Shown here piece after piece: positions 25,762-36,464 of a DNA stretch of 64,000 nucleotides. A program made the translations under genes and the position numbers. Position 1 is the stretch's first letter. Each line of letters starts with the position of its first letter. Source of the DNA: Octopus sinensis (lineage: Eukaryota); contig NC_042998.1 in the NCBI RefSeq assembly GCF_006345805.1, forward strand, positions 195,486,001 through 195,550,000. Direction: 5' to 3'. Under the pieces are notes generated by a model. It searched no databases. It was given only the letters and a program-made list of their open reading frames with translations, and was not told where the DNA came from.

Positions 25762-26064
25762 CTGACATGCAAAGAAACGGAATGTCCACAGCTAGAATGC
25801 TTTTGATCCTTGTTCTGCGAGATATGAGCTAAGGGTTAAGCAACAAAAAAACATTCGTCTGATACTTTTCATTTCATCCCGAGATGAATAAAGCTTTCAG
25901 TAATTTTCTAAGCTAGGCTTTCATTTAACGAAGTTCCATATTCATGGATGTATAGTCTCAAACTACTTTTGAACTAAGAAACTTCATTTTTAAACAAAAA
26001 TACTAAAAGCTACCACGGCCCTAAATAGTTGGTGGTGGTTATTTAGATACGTGTCATGTCTCAC

Positions 26065-26091
26065 CGAGCAGAACCTATTATCGAACGACAT
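26065..26091 (-). other. Candidate first coding exon end of gene 1 (MSFDNRFCS)
   Basis: ATG at 26091, donor TCG|GTGAGA, TATAAAA on the minus strand at ~26291-26297. Confidence 0.2.
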
Positions 26092-26974
26092 GCCAACCGG
26101 GACTATCACATATTTTATTCAGACACTGTATTCAATATCCTACTACATTATTCAAGTGTGCTTTCACTTCATGCGAATGTCGAAGGGACTTTGGCTGACA
26201 TTTCTAGAAGTCGAGCAGCTGACATTGAAAGGAGACCGGAAAGCCGTAAACAACGAAAAAATAATAAATAGAATGAAGTTAATCAGATGTTTTTATAATC
26301 TTTTTTATGGGTTAGTGAAAATGGGGGGAAAGGGCAACATTTTACAGGACCTTAAGTACTGCTAAAGAGTGACGATATCTCAGACTCCAGTTTGTTATTA
26401 ACCACTAACCACTTCGATCCCTGTCAAATAACCTAGCTGGAGGTCGATAGTGGGAGGTGGGCCTGCTAGGCAACCTCCTGGTGCTTTTCTTACGAGATCA
26501 GACTCCACCGCATCTGGTGGAAAGCTTTTGATGGAGAACAAATTGTAGATGTGTAATCACACCGGGTCTAATGATTAATACGGAATGAACTTTGCCAATA
26601 ACATACCAAGGCCAAATGGATTATTTCTATATTGTCAAACGCACAGGTGGATTATGTGTGTTTGTTAAGCCATACAAAAATAAAAAAATAAAATAGCAAA
26701 CAGTTGCTTTGTGGAGAAAACATAAATAAAAGACAACAAAACGATCTGACTGTGTGGTTATATTATTCACTGCTTTCAAATGGGTTTCTGTGTCGTCACA
26801 ATCATCTCTGGAAGTCGGTTAAAAAAGTCACAGCACTATGACAAATTATTGTAATACTCGGAAATAACGAATAACTTTTAGATACTGGCACATGACTACG
26901 AATTTGGTAATGGGGATGGGGGTTCATAGATAGTTTATTGATCTCAATAATAATTCTTGTTTCGAATTTAGAAC

Positions 26975-27530
26975 AAGACCAGCAAAAAGGCTGGCGGTTA
27001 GTAGTCTATTAAATTGACCTCAGTGCATGAGTGGTACTTTATTTTATCGATTTCGAGAAGCTGGAAGGCAAAACTGATCTCAACAGGATTTGAACTTAGA
27101 ACGTCAAGAGTCAAAATAAATACCTATTTCTTTACTACCCACAAGGGGCTAAACACAGAGAGGACGAACAAGGACAGACAAACGGATTAAGTCGATTATA
27201 TCGACCCCAGTGCGTAACTGTACTTATTTAATCGACCCCGAAAGGATGAAATGCAAAGTCGACCTCGGCGGAATTTGAACTGAGAACGTAACGGCAGACG
27301 AAATACCTATTTCTATTTCTTTATTACCCACAAGGGGCTAAACACAGAGGCAACAAACAAAGACAGACATAGGTATTAAGTCGATTACATCGACCCCAGT
27401 GCGTAACTGGTACTTAATTTATCGACCCCGAAAGGATGAAAGGCAAAGTCGACCTCGGCAGAATTTGAACTCAGAACGTAACGGCAGACGAAATACCGCT
27501 GAGCATTTCGCCCGGCGTGCTAACGTTTCT
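26975..27530 (-). mobile_element. Head-to-tail array of family E SINE units
   Basis: Three successive GACCCCGAAAGGATGAAAGGCAAAGTCGACC-type blocks about 180 bp apart, with the head at ~27530. Confidence 0.8.
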
Positions 27531-28150
27531 ACGACGCTTCATCGATTTGACCAATCTATTCACCCTCTCGTTATTTTTCATTTCAGGAATAAGGCTGGCA
27601 ATTTGAGAGGAAGGGGATCAGTCGATTACATCGCCCTCCATACATGACTGGTGCTTTGACTCCGGGAGAACGAAAGTTCAACCTTGGTGAGATTCGAACC
27701 CAGAATATAAAGAGCCGAGAGGCATGAAAGTCTAGCCATGTCTGTCTTAGCCAGGATTTTGTCGGTAATCGTTGTTTACTTCAGTGATAGCATCTGTGGT
27801 TTATTTTTGCGTCAGCGTCATCACTGAATACCAAGTAACCCTCGTAAAACCGATTCTGATGATGCAATGAAACAAACAGGTGGCGAATGAGATGCCAACC
27901 AATCGAATTAAACGTTATATATAGTTAAAGGCGACTCCATGGAATGTAAAGTTACTCAACAAATTAATTGCATTGTGAATTCAGCCAACACTGATTTTTT
28001 TATTAAAAAGTTTATGAGTGACAAAAAATATTTCTCATCATTAAGATTTATTAGACAGAATGGTGTCCTCATACTGGTGACGTTTTATCACAACACCCAG
28101 CACTTAATCAGTTATAAGCTTTTATTTTATATATATATATATATATATAT

Positions 28151-28258
28151 ATCAAAGGATATCCTTGTTGCTTATATATATATATAAAATAAGCAACAAG
28201 GATATCCTTGATTATATATATATATATATGATCAAAGGATATCCTTGTTGCTTATTTT
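28151..28258. repeat. Short inverted plus direct triplication separated by (TA)n
   Basis: ATCAAAGGATATCCTTGTTGCTTAT, then its reverse complement, then the forward copy again. Confidence 0.85.
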
Positions 28259-29126
28259 GACTATAATCATCCCATTTTGAATTACATGGATAATACCATA
28301 CTAAATTCCGGTGCCTTTAACTTAAGTACCATATTCAACTAAATCTAAATTTTTACTGAACTTATATATATATGGATGCGCACGTATACACAGACTAGAG
28401 ACAGAGTAATTTCCAAGAGTTTATTAATTAATTAGCCCTATTATCCCTCATGTTTGGTGAGTAGGGAAATCTGTCGAGTTATAGAGAGCAGTGCCCCAAG
28501 GTTTGTACAGCGCAGAATTTCCAGTCACTTTCAGCTATACGAGATAAATAAATACAATACTGTGAGCTTACTTGTGATTATAAAATGCTGTTTTCTACCC
28601 TCTTGAAATAGTAAAAAAAGAACATCACATTCATAATTACATTTGGAATGGGGTTTTTTTAATCTTAAAATCTACTCAATCAGGAAGACAAGGGCCAAGA
28701 AAACAACCAGATTGTCTCCTTATGCCAGTGTTTTTCACACACACACACAAAAAAAAATCCTGGAGTTTCGAAAAAATTTCTTAAATACGATTCAGTAAAT
28801 AAAAAAAAAATGGCATTCACCATTCCAAAGTAATGAAACTTTTCATACTCTTTTTATGAATATAACTCACCCTATGTTTCATGTCTCATTAAAATTAGAG
28901 TGGCGAGGAGGGTTTGTCCATAAAATATGGGTTCTTAAATTTCGGGGGACAATCATATAAAGAATTCAGGATAGAATAAGTTTGGAAAGCGGTGTCATCA
29001 TGCTCATAACATGGGTGTGACAGACGTGACCAGTGAACAATAAATAGGCTTTAGTTATTTACGGCGAATGGATTAAACAGAAACATAAGCAATAAATAAA
29101 ATTCAAAAAGCTTTTACTAAATGCAC

Positions 29127-29186
<60 letters not shown>

Positions 29187-29189
<3 letters not shown>

Positions 29190-29477
29190 CAAATATATAA
29201 ACGTAATATATATATATATAGATCGCTTGGCCAGCGGGGTGGCGTATCATTCGAAGGCTAAAACAATGCGAAGTGCATTGTGACCAGCGATGTGTAGCAA
29301 CATCTGATAGCCTGGCCGGTCACGGTGATATATATATATATATATATACCAAATATACGACTTGGTATTTTATTGTTAATTTAATTTTAATATTTCTATT
29401 ATATGTAATTTCCTAGGTGTGTAATTTACTTGTTCATTTTGAATTAATAAAAGGTGGTTTCTTTCTAATTATTATAT

Positions 29478-29527
<50 letters not shown>

Positions 29528-29817
29528 ATATATATAGAACAAATATATAAACGTAGTATATATATATAGATCGCTTGGCCAGCGGGGTGGCGTATCATTC
29601 GAAGGCTAAAACAATGCGAAGTGCATTGTGACCAGCGATGTGTAGCAACATCTGATAGCCTGGCCGGTCACGGTGATATATATATATATATATACCAAAT
29701 ATACGACTTTGGTATTTTATTGTTAATTTAATTTTAATATTTCTATTATATGTAATTTCCTAGGTTGTGTAATTTACTTGTTCATTTTGAATTAATAAAA
29801 GGTGGTTTCTTTCTAAT

Positions 29818-29822
<5 letters not shown>
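29187..29822. repeat. Near-identical tandem duplication of ~285 bp between (TA)n arrays
   Basis: 29187-29473 versus 29537-29822, differing mainly by single-base indels. Confidence 0.9.
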
Positions 29823-29854
<32 letters not shown>

Positions 29855-29971
29855 CCAATGGCGGTGCCCCAGCATGGCCACAGCTCGTGAGCTGAAACTA
29901 GATAAGATAAGATAAATAAGAAGTAAGAAGTGATTTCAATAATTTATATTATGACTTTTATAATAATTTGT

Positions 29972-30388
29972 ATTTATCGACCCCGAAAGGATGAAAGGCA
30001 AAGTCGACCCCGGCGGAATTTGAACTCTGCCGTAACGTTCTGAGTTCGAATTCCGCCGAGGTCGACTTTGCCTTTCATTCTTTCGGGGGTCGATAAATAA
30101 AGTACCAGTTACGCACTGGGGTCGATGTATCGACTTAATCCGTTTGTCTGTCCTTGTTTGTCCCCCTCTATGTTTAGCCCCTTGTGGGTAGTAAAGAAAT
30201 AGGTATTTCGTCTGTCATTACGTTCTGAGTTCAAATTCCGCCGAGGTCGACTTTGCCTTTCATCCTTTCGGGGTCGATAAATTAAGTACCAGATACGCAC
30301 TGGGGTCGATGTAATCGACTTAATCCGTTTGTCTGTCCTTGTTTGTCCCCCTCTGTGTTTAGCCCCCTGTGGGCAATAAAGAAATATA
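29972..30388. mobile_element. Family E SINE: short minus fragment then two plus tandem units
   Basis: Same conserved block in both orientations. Confidence 0.8.
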
Positions 30389-31039
30389 TAATAATTTGTA
30401 TTCTTATCTTATACGTATTGAATTATAAGATACATATGTATGCTGTTAAGGTTCTCATTTTGTTAAATGAATAAATAATCCTACATTCTAATATCCGAGA
30501 GTTGATGAACAAACTAAATTTGTTTCATATATATATATATGTATGTATATATATATATATATAATATTTTATTGGCTAAACTGGCAAAAATGACCATTCC
30601 TACCTAACTACAACCAATATCTTGTTTCAACACATATCTGTTTCACATCAAAAATCTTGCAAACCAAATACATAAACGTAATATTTATATATATATATAC
30701 ATATAAGGTATAATTTCACCTAAATAGATTGATATAGCTAGATAAAATCATGGTAAAATTATGGTAAAAATCATGATGAAACCCAGGCTGGTCGGGTTTT
30801 TGCAATAAAAGCGACATTGAGGTGAATTTTTTTTAGACAAAAGCCTTAAAAAAACAGACAATTAAACAGAAAAAAACAAAATTATGTAAATTATATTAAT
30901 AAAGAATATCAAATATATGGAAGCACAAAGGCAATTAAGCATGAATATATATATATATGTGTATATATTTACCAATTCCATCTTTTGTGGTAAAATAATC
31001 CAAGAATGAAGTTTCGAAGAAATGAAAAAATTCAGGTTT

Positions 31040-31160
31040 GAAGAAAACCGATTCGAAGCGGAAGTGCTTCAATTTCACGGATATTTACGAACGTTCGCGA
31101 AGTTCACGGAGTTGCGGCCGACGAGAGCCGGTCGTAAGTTACGGAAATTTCAAAACGTAT
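31040..31160. promoter_or_regulatory. CpG-dense unique island with ETS-like site (candidate promoter)
   Basis: Many CpGs in an AT-rich background, CGGAAGTG at 31059-31066 and palindrome TTCGCGAA at 31094-31101. Confidence 0.35.
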
Positions 31161-31315
31161 ATTTATTTATTTATTACTTTATTTATTTTATTTATTTGTT
31201 TATTTTTCTATTTATTTATTTTTCTGTTTATTTATTTAGTTATTTATTTATTTATTCAAAATCTCTCGCAGTAGGAAAATGCAATAGCTATGGTTTATTT
31301 GTTAACACAGCCAAG

Positions 31316-31470
31316 TACACACACACACACACACACATACACACACACACACATACTCACACATACACACACACACACACACATACACATACACACACAC
31401 AGACACACACAAACATACACACATACACACACATATACACATACACACACATACACACACACACACATAT
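31316..31470. repeat. (CA)n/(CATA)n microsatellite
   Basis: Direct inspection. Confidence 0.95.
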
Positions 31471-31649
31471 ATAGTTTACTGTTCTGCTAAGGTAAGATCA
31501 ACAAAAAACATACTTCACCCAGTGAGAAATAATTACCATTTCATGTTCACAGTATACACACACACACACACACACACACACTTATATTCATTTATATATA
31601 TTTACATAGTTTTATTGTTCTGTTCAGTAAGCAAAAAGTTACAAAAGTA

Positions 31650-32200
31650 AAGACCTGTTGAGGCAAGTGAGAATCGAATCAGATCAAATCAAATCAAATC
31701 GAACCAAATCAAAATAGATGAACATCAATGGAATTTGTATCCTTGTGGTACCAGTGCCGGTGGCACATAAGAAAACCATCCGAACGTGATCGTAGCCAGT
31801 ACCGCAACGACTGGCCTCCGTGCTGAGGGCACATAACAAACACCATCCGAGCGTGGCCGTCCGCCAGCCCCGTCTGGCACCTGTGTCGGTGACACATAAG
31901 AAAACACCATCCGAGCGTGGCCGTCAGCCAGCCTCGTCTGGCACCTGTGTCGGTGGCACATAAAAAACACCATCCGAGCGTGGCCGTCTGCCAGCCTCGT
32001 CTGGCACCTGTGTCGGTGGCACATAAAATCACCCACTACACTCTCGGAGTGGTTGGCGTTAGGAAGGGCATCCAGCTGTAGAAACACTGCCAGATCTGAC
32101 TGGCCTGGTGCAGCCTTCGGGCTTGCCAGACCCCAGTTGAACCGTCCAACCCATGCTAGCATGGAAAGCGGACGTTAAACGATGATGATGATGATGATGA
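31650..32200 (+). mobile_element. Family B / RTE 3' UTR copy with internal ~56-bp tandem repeats
   Basis: CACCATCCGAGCGTGGCCGTC..GCCAGCC.CGTCTGGCACCTGTGTCGGTGGCACATAA repeated 3-4 times. Confidence 0.85.
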
Positions 32201-32212
32201 TTGAAGGGCTTT

Positions 32213-32221
32213 AATCTATCC

Positions 32222-32300
<79 letters not shown>

Positions 32301-32321
32301 CATCTATCTATCTATCTATCC

Positions 32322-32372
<51 letters not shown>

Positions 32373-32373
32373 C

Positions 32374-32421
<48 letters not shown>

Positions 32422-32426
32422 GTGTC

Positions 32427-32460
<34 letters not shown>

Positions 32461-32461
32461 C

Positions 32462-32517
<56 letters not shown>

Positions 32518-32708
32518 GTGTCTCTATCTATCTATCTATCTATCTATCTATGTGACTTCATTGACCGAGGTTACCGTGGTCTTTTCCGTAGGCTTTTCTT
32601 TCCACGGGTAAACCTCACCTGTCCTCCCCTTTACACTTCATATTGACATTTCTGTGATAACGATCCCTATTGATCATTTTTTTTTTTTTTTTTTTTTTCC
32701 TCTCCCCC

Positions 32709-32739
<31 letters not shown>

Positions 32740-32800
32740 CCCTTTTTTTTGTCCTCTTTCTCTCCTTTTACGATCCCTTTTGATCGAACCTCCCCCTTCC

Positions 32801-32838
<38 letters not shown>

Positions 32839-32910
32839 CCTTCAAAAGAAAAGCTCTACCTTGTAATTTGTTCTATCTGTGTGCAGCCCTGTGTGGCTAA
32901 TAAAGAAACA

Positions 32911-32975
<65 letters not shown>

Positions 32976-32980
32976 GTGTC

Positions 32981-33029
<49 letters not shown>

Positions 33030-33277
33030 AGATAGATATGACATGTCTGTGATACACGATCCCTATTGATCGTTCTCCCCCCCCCCTTTTACGATCCCTT
33101 TTGATCGAAAACCTACCCCACTTTTTTTTTCTTCTCCCCAAAAAGAAAAGCTCTACTTTGTAATCTGTCCCGTCTGTGTGCAGCCCTGTGTGGCTAATAA
33201 AGAAACATATCTATCTATCTGTCTATCTATCTATCTATCTATCTATCTGTCTGTCTGTCTGTCTATCTGTCTGTCTA

Positions 33278-33312
<35 letters not shown>

Positions 33313-33356
33313 GTCTGTCTGTCTGTCTATCTATCTATATATCTATCTATCTGCTA
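32213..33356 (+). repeat. (TCTA)n arrays alternating with a repeated 150-250-bp unit
   Basis: The unit GATCCCTATTGATC...GCAGCCCTGTGTGGCTAATAAAGAAACA occurs at 32656-32909 and 33051-33207, each followed by (TATC)n. Confidence 0.85.
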
Positions 33357-33765
33357 TATGATATATATAATTTAATGTACACAATAAAAAGATATGAGCT
33401 GCTTGTAGTTTCTTGCATTAGGGATGCAGGTCTAGGCAGGTTGTATCCTCAAACTGTGAACATGAAATGGTAATTATTTCTCACTGGATGGAGTACATTT
33501 TTTGTTGACCTTACCTTAGCAGAACAGTAAACTATTGCTTGCGAAGACCTATTGGGGCAAGTGAAATCGAAATTGAACCAAATTCGATGACTGGCACCTG
33601 TGCCAGTGGAGCGCTAACAGCTCCATCCAAGTGGGATCACTGCCAGAGCGGCTAACTGGCTTCCGTGCCGGTGGCATGTTAAAAGCACCATTTGAACATG
33701 ATCGTTACCAGCGTCGCCTTACTGGCACGTGAAAAAACATTCGAGCGAGGTCGTTGCCAGTGCCT

Positions 33766-34610
33766 CATAAGACTGTAACAACTTCTCGATACGCTCTTGG
33801 TAATCTAGCACCTGTGTGTTACCAAGGAAACCATGAAAGGCTGACTTAAATGCTCTCAGTTCCTTTAGGGTAAGAAGCTCCTCACAGTCCTTATACTTCA
33901 GCACCTCTCAGATCTGAGGTCCAATGAAGATGCCCTCCTTGAGCTTAGCAGAACGCAGAGCAGGAAATAGAGTGCACAAGTGTTGGAAGGCAGCACCATT
34001 TTTGTCTATGGCCTTTACAAAATTCTTCATTAATCCAAGCTTGATATGAAGAGGAAGAAGAAGCACCGGGTTCATGTCCACTAGAGGATTTTCTTGGACA
34101 CTGTGTTCACCAGGCACAGAAGTACTCCAAGATCCCCCAGTCCTTCTGCTTGTAGTGCTTGGCCACAGCCCACCTGTCCCAGAGACAAAGAAAGCAACAG
34201 TACATTGTGAAGCTTGCTTGCATAACCATAAGGATCCCAATGACCTTGAGGTCCCCACAGAGACTCCACAAGTACTGGTACTGGTTGTACTTGACATCTT
34301 CCAAAAGGAGCTCCATATTGTTATGCGACTCTTTCAGATGGACTGAGAAGGTAATGGAAATGCTGGGGTATTTATTCCCATTGTGCAGGATCACAGCCTT
34401 CAAACTTCGTTTGGAAGATTCTATTAAAAGGTACCAGTCTGAGAGATTGTGTAGGAAACCAAAGAAGGTGAACAAGCCAGAGACGTTTGTGCTACTGCAC
34501 AAACTGTTTTCCATGTCAAAGAATGAAGCAAAGTCCTGAAACTGGTGATCCTTACATCTGCCTTCACCAGATTCCACTGCTTAAGTCAGAATGCCAGGAG
34601 TTGTATCTAC
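33766..34610 (-). pseudogene. DNA-transposase relic of the LHIKLGLMKxFVKA family (CMC/Chapaev-3-like)
   Basis: SSKRSLKAVILHNGNKYPS...CGDLKV...CCFLCLWD...LLPLHIKLGLMKNFVKA...KLKEGIFIGPQI...FLGN. The superfamily name is from memory and unverified. Confidence 0.7.
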
Positions 34611-34644
34611 TTAGATACAACTCACAGGCAAGGTCATTCGCGTC

Positions 34645-36235
34645 TTCCTGCTATGAAGCATGGCAGTTTGCACACATGTATTGTACAATCTACCTTTCAC
34701 TCTGAGAGGCCCTTTGTCGTCAGTAGGGGTAGAAGCTTTCTGAACTTCACCTAGGTTATTCTTATTCTAGTGGTAACACTCTCTGAGCACTACAGATTTG
34801 GTTACCTAGGTAGCGGAAACTAGCAACTACTTCTAGTTTCTCACCCTGGCATGTGATGGAATCTGTATTCTGAGCATATGTGGTGTTTATTTCACCTGTT
34901 CATCTACTGCACACATGAAAGCTATCTTCCTCGTTAATCTTCTTTTGATGTTGCTGCACCTCTTATATATCCATAGCTTACACTGGGTACATCTTATGGA
35001 GTTTCTACCTACACCTTTTCTACAGATCAAACAGGGCTACCTACGTGAAGGGGTGTGTGATGTGTTCACCTTCCTAATTACTAGGACTTTGGTTTTTGTG
35101 ACATTGGCTCAAAGGCCCTTTGATTCTAAACCTTGCTTCCACACCTGAAATTTCTTCTCTATTTCTAGAAGTGACTCTGCTATGAGGGCCAGGTCATCAG
35201 CATGGAGGATCTCCCAGGGGCAACCTGTCTTGAATTCCTGTTATTGCCTGGAGGACTATAATAAGAGGGGGCTGGGGGCTGATCCTTGGTGGACCCCTAC
35301 TTCTACCCGGAATTCTTCACTATACTCATTGCCAACCCTAACCCTACAAGCAGCATCTTTATATAGGGCCTGTACAGCCCTTATTAACCATTCGTCAATC
35401 CTTAGTTTCTGCATCACCCACCAGGTAAGGGATTGGGGGACCCTGTCAAAGGCTTTCTCCAAATCCACAAAAGCTAAGTATAGAGGTTTATCTTTGGCTA
35501 GGTATTTCTCCTGCAGTTGCCATACCAGGAAAATAGCATCAGTAGTGCTTCTACCTGGGACAAAACTAAACTACATCTCATCTAAGCATAGGCCATAATC
35601 CACACCACCAGATATTTTAAGCATCTCAGCAGGGATTCCTGATGGGCCGGGGGCTTTTCCTGGCTTCATACCCTTAATTGCTTTATCTACCAGGGTGCTG
35701 TCTATTCGGATAGCTGGTCCCTCTACTGGGTCAACATTTGGCAGGCTCTCCTCCTCCCATTCATTCTCCACGTTCAGCAGTCTTTCATAATGGCTTCTCC
35801 AAGCCTCTTTCTTTTCAAAAACATTAAAAGCAAGTGCACCATCATCCATGCAGACACATTTCTCTCCTGTGACATCACAATTTTCTCTCACACATTGTCT
35901 TACAATCTGAAATACTTCAGTTCTCTGGTTCTCACGTTGCTGGACAATAACAAACTTCTTATCTGCTTCTCCTTTGGCTATGTATACCTGTCACCCAGCC
36001 TCCCTGGCTATCTGGTACAGTTCCCTGCTACCCCAGCTTTTCCAGGCTTGTTTCTTTGTGCTAATGGCTTTGTCTACTGTATTATTCCACCACCACGTTA
36101 CTCTAGGTCTGGAAGGGACTTTGCACCATCCGCAGACTTGGTCTGTGGCACTTAGTAAGCTGTCTTGTTGGAATTTTCAGCTACCCTCTATGTCCAAGGT
36201 CTGCAGCTCCTCCTCCCTCTCATCAAATTTCTTTA
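34645..36235 (-). pseudogene. Degenerate RTE LINE ORF2 (reverse transcriptase region)
   Basis: KAPGPSGIPAEMLK, DLEKAFDRVP, GVHQGS, HADDLALIAES, FRYLG and KGRLYNTCV motifs in order, with stops and frameshifts. Confidence 0.9.
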
Positions 36236-36464
36236 ATCTAATATTCATCCTGGGTTAGGAAATGTTCAAGGAAACCAACTGGATCTGCTTCAAAAACTGT
36301 CAGAGTTTTCTGTGATGTGACCAGCATGGTGCACTTTTGATCAGGTGTCAGAAGATATGGCAGTCACCAAGCAGAAACCTTCATCATGCCAAGTTCCTTG
36401 AGCAGAATATTCTCAACTCTCTCACAGGATATGCTAATAGCATTGGTTATTTGATTTATAGTCA

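Noticed and set aside
26051-26365. Plus-strand ORFs (MSHRAEPII..., MSCLTEQ...)
   Set aside because: No recognisable motif and no plus-strand splice partners, so better explained as promoter or 5' region sequence.
31022-31474. 150-aa plus-strand ORF MKKFRFEENR...
   Set aside because: After ~45 codons it is (TTTA)n and (CA)n. The open frame reflects stop-poor simple repeats.
31790-32030. CRISPR-like regularly spaced repeats
   Set aside because: The intervening sequences are themselves near-identical, the context is eukaryotic, and the array is part of the family B UTR.
32201-33375. ORFs rich in YLSI repeats
   Set aside because: They are translations of (TCTA)n arrays.
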